A stretch of 32,291 nucleotides of DNA, from assembly GCA_003451355.1 (NCBI GenBank), contig DMDX01000015.1, positions 1 to 32,291 on the forward strand, given 5' to 3'. Every line of letters begins with the position of its first letter. Within the stretch, counting starts at the first letter, position 1. The notes under the pieces are model-generated. The model worked only from the letters and a program-made list of their open reading frames with translations. It was not told the origin of the DNA and did no database searches. Both the position numbers and the translations under genes were made by a program. The DNA comes from Cryomorphaceae bacterium. Its GTDB lineage: Bacteria > Bacteroidota > Bacteroidia > Flavobacteriales > Schleiferiaceae. Positions 28,625 to 32,291 of this stretch are shown piece by piece.

Positions 28625-29167
28625 ATGAAACAGATACTCATTTTGGGCGCAGCCGCCCTTGTATTGGCCGCTACTCCTGCGGGACGCGTGACCGCACCCA
28701 TCGCAGTGGAACAGATGGCGAGCATCAATGTGGGCGATATGGCTCCTGACTTGGCATTTCCGGATCCCACGGGCAAAACCCGCAAACTATCAGACCTGCG
28801 TGGCAAGGTGGTTCTTTTGGACTTCTGGGCAGCTTGGTGCGGCCCCTGCCGCATGGAGAACCCCAATGTCGTGCGCGTGTACAACCAGTACAAAGACGAC
28901 AAGTTTTCATCTGGAAAGGGCTTTGAAGTGTTTTCGCTTTCACTAGACAACACCAAAGACCGTTGGATTGAAGCAATTGCCAAGGACGGTCTTGTGTGGC
29001 CCAACCACGTGAGCGACCTCAAAGGCTGGCGCTCTGAAGGTGCTGCGCTCTATGGAGTCAATGCGATCCCCGCAACCTACCTCATTGACGGCAAGGGTAA
29101 AGTAGTCGCAAAAAACCTACGCGGAGCCGCGCTCGAGAACGCACTTAAGGCGATGCAAGCCAAGTAA
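28625..29167 (+). CDS. TlpA/ResA-like thiol:disulfide oxidoreductase (thioredoxin fold, secreted)
   Basis: 180 aa. The N-terminal signal peptide is MKQILILGAAALVLAATPA. The redox motif FWAAWCGPCRMENP is present, along with AhpC/TSA-redoxin-like features (GVNAIPATYLIDGKGKVV). Confidence 0.85.
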   Translation: MKQILILGAAALVLAATPAGRVTAPIAVEQMASINVGDMAPDLAFPDPTGKTRKLSDLRGKVVLLDFWAAWCGPCRMENPNVVRVYNQYKDDKFSSGKGFEVFSLSLDNTKDRWIEAIAKDGLVWPNHVSDLKGWRSEGAALYGVNAIPATYLIDGKGKVVAKNLRGAALENALKAMQAK

Positions 29168-29184
29168 AGGGCATTTTTTCACCT

Positions 29185-29232
29185 AGCCTGCCATTCTGAC
29201 ACCTTTGGGTCGTTTGGCAGGCTTTGTGTTTT
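29185..29232 (+). terminator. Possible terminator after the TlpA-like gene
   Basis: A 9 bp stem AGCCTGCCA/TGGCAGGCT (29185-29193 and 29215-29223) followed by TTGTGTTTT. The 21-nt loop is unusually large for an intrinsic terminator. Confidence 0.4.
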
Positions 29233-29258
29233 ACGGGACCCACACGGATTAATAAATT

Positions 29259-29801
29259 ATGGAAGATTCTACGAAGAAGCCAGAGCAGCCTTTGGACGAA
29301 GTTCAAATGGCTCAGGATTTAAATGATGAGATCTCAGATTCACCTTCACCCACAGCAGAGCGTGATGTGGAGGCAGAAATCCAGGAGCTCAAAGATCAAA
29401 ACTTGCGACTCTATGCCGAATTTGAGAATTTTCGCCGCAGAAATGCGCGCGAGCGCCTCGAGCTAATGGCGACGGCGGGAGAAAAAGTCATCAAGGCAGT
29501 ACTACCGATACTGGACGACTTTGATCGTGCGATGAAAGCCCTCGCCGAAGGACCTGAGCGCCAAGGATTGGCCCTCATTCAAAACAAATTACTCAGCGCC
29601 ATGAAGGCCGAAGGCCTCAAGGCCATGGAATCCACGGTAGGGCAAGCCTTTGATGTAGAACGCATGGAAGCCATTACGAACATCCCTGCTCCAAGTCCAG
29701 AGCTTTCAGGCTGCGTGGTCGATGAGCTCGAGACCGGATACCTTCTCGGAGAAAAAATTATTCGCTACGCGAAAGTGGTAGTGGGCCAAGCTGCCGAATG
29801 A
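29259..29801 (+). CDS. grpE: Nucleotide exchange factor GrpE
   Basis: 180 aa. It has an acidic N-terminus and a long helix with [17 protein letters not shown]. The C-terminal beta domain reads [12 protein letters not shown]...[16 protein letters not shown]. Confidence 0.95.
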   Translation: MEDSTKKPEQPLDEVQMAQDLNDEISDSPSPTAERDVEAEIQELKDQNLRLYAEFENFRRRNARERLELMATAGEKVIKAVLPILDDFDRAMKALAEGPERQGLALIQNKLLSAMKAEGLKAMESTVGQAFDVERMEAITNIPAPSPELSGCVVDELETGYLLGEKIIRYAKVVVGQAAE

Positions 29802-29802
29802 A

Positions 29803-30924
29803 ATGAGTAAGCGCGACTACTACGAAGTTCTGGGTGTGTCTAAGGGCGCATCTGCAGAAGAAATTAAAAAGGCCTACCGAAAGATGGCCATTCAGTACCA
29901 CCCTGACAAAAATCCGGGTGATGCGGCGGCAGAAGAAAAGTTCAAAGAGGCCGCGGAGGCCTACGAGGTACTTTCAAGCCCTGAAAAACGTCAGAAGTAC
30001 GACCAGTTCGGACACCAAGCGTTTGGTGCAGGTTCCGGCGGTTTTGGCGGAGGTGGCATGAATATGGACGACATATTCAGCCACTTTGGGGACATCTTCG
30101 GCGATGCTTTTGGCGGAGCCTTTGGCGGTTTTGGTGGCCGAGGTGGCGGCGGAGCCAACCGCGGGGCCAACCTCAGAGTTCGTGTAAAGCTCAGCCTCGA
30201 AGAGATCGCCAATGGCGTTGAAAAGAAAATTAAAATTCGCCGCGCTGTTCCGGCAGAAGGTTTGACGTTTAAAACGTGCGGAACCTGCGGTGGATCTGGT
30301 CAAGTAACCCGGGTACAAAACACGATCTTGGGTCAGATGCGCACCGCGTCAGCCTGTCCGTCGTGCCAAGGCGCAGGCAAAACCATCGACAAGCGACCCG
30401 ACGGGGTGGGTCCTGACGGACTTGAGCGCCATGATGAGGTTGTAAGTGTAAAGATTCCGGCCGGAGTGCAAGATGGTATGCAGCTGCGCGTTCAAGGCAA
30501 AGGCAACCACGGCCCAGCAGGAGGCCCTGCGGGGGATTTGATCGTTTCGATTGAAGAAGAGCCGCACGAAGTGCTGGTTCGCGAGGGCAATAACCTTCAC
30601 TTTGAACTGCACGTATCGTTTCCCGATGCAGCCTTGGGCACTTCGGTCGAGGTTCCGACCGTTTCAGGCAAAGTGCGTATGAAGATTGATCCCGGAACCC
30701 AAAGTGGAAAAACCCTACGCCTGAAGGGCAAAGGACTTCCGAGCCTCGAAGGCTACGGCCAAGGTGATCAATTGATTCACGTCGCAGTTTGGACCCCTAA
30801 GTCACTCACGAACGACGAGAAAGAGCTCCTTGAGAAGCTCAACCAGAGCGAGCGCTTTCAGCCGCGACCGGGAGCTGGAGACAAGAGTTTTTTTGATAAG
30901 GTTAAGGACCTCTTCCAAGGTTAA
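29803..30924 (+). CDS. dnaJ: Molecular chaperone DnaJ (class A-like, reduced zinc-finger domain)
   Basis: 373 aa. The J domain reads [34 protein letters not shown], followed by a G/F-rich linker. There are only two CxxCxGxG motifs ([16 protein letters not shown]), and the C-terminal substrate-binding domains are present. The ATG lies 1 nt after the grpE stop. Confidence 0.93.
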   Translation: MSKRDYYEVLGVSKGASAEEIKKAYRKMAIQYHPDKNPGDAAAEEKFKEAAEAYEVLSSPEKRQKYDQFGHQAFGAGSGGFGGGGMNMDDIFSHFGDIFGDAFGGAFGGFGGRGGGGANRGANLRVRVKLSLEEIANGVEKKIKIRRAVPAEGLTFKTCGTCGGSGQVTRVQNTILGQMRTASACPSCQGAGKTIDKRPDGVGPDGLERHDEVVSVKIPAGVQDGMQLRVQGKGNHGPAGGPAGDLIVSIEEEPHEVLVREGNNLHFELHVSFPDAALGTSVEVPTVSGKVRMKIDPGTQSGKTLRLKGKGLPSLEGYGQGDQLIHVAVWTPKSLTNDEKELLEKLNQSERFQPRPGAGDKSFFDKVKDLFQG

Positions 30925-30945
30925 CCCTTAGAAGTAGGACTCAAT

Positions 30946-30979
30946 AAAAAACGCGGCCCGTGGGCCGCGTTTTTCTTTT
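30946..30979. terminator. Bidirectional rho-independent terminator between convergent dnaJ and the T9SS-CTD gene
   Basis: AAAAAA-CGCGGCC-cgtg-GGCCGCG-TTTTTCTTTT. A 7 bp GC stem is flanked by an A-run and a T-run, so it reads as a terminator on both strands. Confidence 0.85.
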
Positions 30980-30996
30980 CATCTATGTGGTGGACA

Positions 30997-32291
30997 CTAG
31001 TATACGATCGTGACCGGTCCAGCGTAGCGCAAATCTCGCCCGCACACGACAAAGAAGTAGTAGGTTCCGCTCGGAAGAGGATTGCCGTCGACGTCCGTAC
31101 CACCCCATGTATTCGCGTACGATTCTTGCTCGTAGACCCACGTGGTTCCCCAGCGATTCATTACACGCAAGGTGCACGCGTCACCAAACAAAACCTCTGA
31201 AATGTCGAGCACATCATTCATTCCATCCCCGTTGGGCGTAATCACATTCATCACATTGGACAGGTCTGGACTCACTTGGTCGGGAAGCCAGCTCACGAAC
31301 ACGGTATCAATTCCGCGGCAACCGCGGTTGTCGGTAACAATCACGTAGTACGTGGTGCTGTCGGCGTGCATGAGCGCCTGCGGGTTTTGCTGGCGTGCGT
31401 TGTTGAAGTATACTGGCTGGTCGGCAAACCAATAGTAGGCCGCTCCGCTCGTGACATCGAGGTGCACGGTATCGCCGCGGACAATCTGTGTATCCTGGGG
31501 CGCAGCAGTTACGGGGTAGTACCAATCAAAAACCTGGACAGTGTCCCAAAGTGTATCGGGGCAGTAGGCGGACTGAATAATACAGCTCACGGGGTAGGTT
31601 CCCGCTGTATTCCATCGGACCCCAGTCACTAATGGACCTGCCGCGCCAAACGTGTTCGAATTGGATCCAAAATCCCATGAAATCTGGGCGTCAATTGGAG
31701 CGGTTCCCTTAGCCTCAAATCGGTAGTTCTGAACCTCGATGCACGGCACACCCTGCTTGTCGATGAAGTAGTCCGGGGCATTCATCACCCGAAAAACCTC
31801 AAAAGTCGTGTCTGTACAAACTAGGCCGGGATTGATCACCAGCATGACGGTGTAGTGCCCTGTGTCCGGAAAGGTGTAGGTCGGCGTGGCCAGGGAGCTC
31901 GTATCGTTGACGCTAGAGGTATCCCCAAAGTCCCAGAAGTAGGTCAAGGCACCCGAGGTCTGTGGTGTAAAGGTCAGCGTACGGCCGTCGCAGAAAAGAC
32001 TAGGGTCCTCAAGCTGGGTAACCATGTCTGCCACGGTATTAATGATGCAGTTCGTGACGTTGAACTGGTAGTCGCGGCGCACCGTGGACATAAACTGGCC
32101 GTTGCGGTATTCAGAAACACAAATTCCAACCACGTACTGACCAATTGTGTTGGCGACACCCGTAATCATTCCAGTAGTCGAGTTAATGCTGAGCGCAGGG
32201 TTGCCGGGGACTGGTTGGGTCGCCGTGGCGGGCGCAACAAACTGAATGAGGGTGTACGGCGGGGGCGTCGCGGGGTTCGGAGTTGGGTTGC
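30997..32291 (-). CDS. Secreted or cell-surface PKD-domain protein with a T9SS type-B (gliding-motility-associated, CHU_C-type) C-terminal sorting domain; 5'-truncated by the window edge
   Basis: The ORF-track protein starts at an internal Met. The same frame stays open to position 32291 (..NPTPNPATPPPYTLIQFVAPATATQPVPGNPALSINSTTGMITG..). There are two PKD-like repeats (YFWDFGDTS...GHYTVMLVI and ISWDFGSNS...GTYPVSCII). The C-terminus ITPNGDGMNDVLDI...GTYYFFVV...GPVTIVY is the TPNGDGxND-type sorting domain. Confidence 0.85.
   Translation of the reverse strand, partial: NPTPNPATPPPYTLIQFVAPATATQPVPGNPALSINSTTGMITGVANTIGQYVVGICVSEYRNGQFMSTVRRDYQFNVTNCIINTVADMVTQLEDPSLFCDGRTLTFTPQTSGALTYFWDFGDTSSVNDTSSLATPTYTFPDTGHYTVMLVINPGLVCTDTTFEVFRVMNAPDYFIDKQGVPCIEVQNYRFEAKGTAPIDAQISWDFGSNSNTFGAAGPLVTGVRWNTAGTYPVSCIIQSAYCPDTLWDTVQVFDWYYPVTAAPQDTQIVRGDTVHLDVTSGAAYYWFADQPVYFNNARQQNPQALMHADSTTYYVIVTDNRGCRGIDTVFVSWLPDQVSPDLSNVMNVITPNGDGMNDVLDISEVLFGDACTLRVMNRWGTTWVYEQESYANTWGGTDVDGNPLPSGTYYFFVVCGRDLRYAGPVTIVY

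Noticed and set aside
29185-29223. The inverted repeat upstream of grpE-dnaJ, considered as a CIRCE/HrcA heat-shock operator.
   Set aside because: The sequence AGCCTGCCA-N21-TGGCAGGCT bears no resemblance to the CIRCE consensus TTAGCACTC-N9-GAGTGCTAA, and the spacer is wrong. It is more simply read as a weak, large-loop terminator for the upstream TlpA-like gene.
1-32291. A window-wide search for CRISPR arrays, tRNA, rRNA or tmRNA genes, IS elements or transposases, integrases, toxin-antitoxin pairs, restriction or other defence genes, and long direct or inverted repeats.
   Set aside because: None was found by eye. All intergenic regions are under 175 nt and are accounted for by terminators or promoter-like boxes. 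Every long ORF has a housekeeping assignment except DUF4290 and the truncated surface protein. I therefore do not claim a novel system in this window.

Overview
This window is a chromosomal core region from a Bacteroidota genome, probably Flavobacteriia-like, at roughly 50% GC. The lineage call rests on several features: tuf is absent between fusA and rpsJ; TAnnTTTG-type -7 promoter boxes are present; a DUF4290 gene sits directly upstream of murA; the citrate synthase is of the mitochondrial type; and one gene carries a T9SS type-B C-terminal sorting domain.

Positions 1-24145 form a single minus-strand, co-directional block of 38 genes. It contains an uninterrupted 32-gene ribosomal super-operon (rpsL-rpsG-fusA-rpsJ ... 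secY-infA-rpmJ-rpsM-rpsK-rpsD-rpoA-rplQ, 7250-24075). Its largest internal gap is 27 nt and it has several TAATG stop/start overlaps. It is followed by carA-eno-gltA, rpsA, a Nif3-family gene and the start of a COG1579-type zinc-ribbon gene.

From the divergent promoter region at 24076-24247, the plus strand carries uvrD/pcrA-DUF4290-murA, a TlpA-like thioredoxin-fold protein and grpE-dnaJ. A 5'-truncated PKD-domain surface protein with a T9SS type-B C-terminal domain converges on them from the right edge.

I found no rRNA or tRNA genes, CRISPR arrays, IS or phage genes, defence genes or long repeats. I cannot support the presence of a novel multi-gene system; this is an ordinary housekeeping region.

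The points worth a second look are small-scale:
- A 10-nt extended promoter motif (TTTGCAGTCC after TAnn) recurs three times, once inside a CDS.
- Strong terminators sit so close to the next start codon that no promoter fits between them.
- MurA has Asp at the fosfomycin-target Cys position.
- DnaJ has lost the cysteines of one of its two zinc centres.
- L36 and S14 are in their Zn-free forms.
- S1 carries a roughly 70-aa hyper-acidic N-terminal extension.
- The uncharacterised DUF4290 gene is tightly wedged between uvrD and murA.
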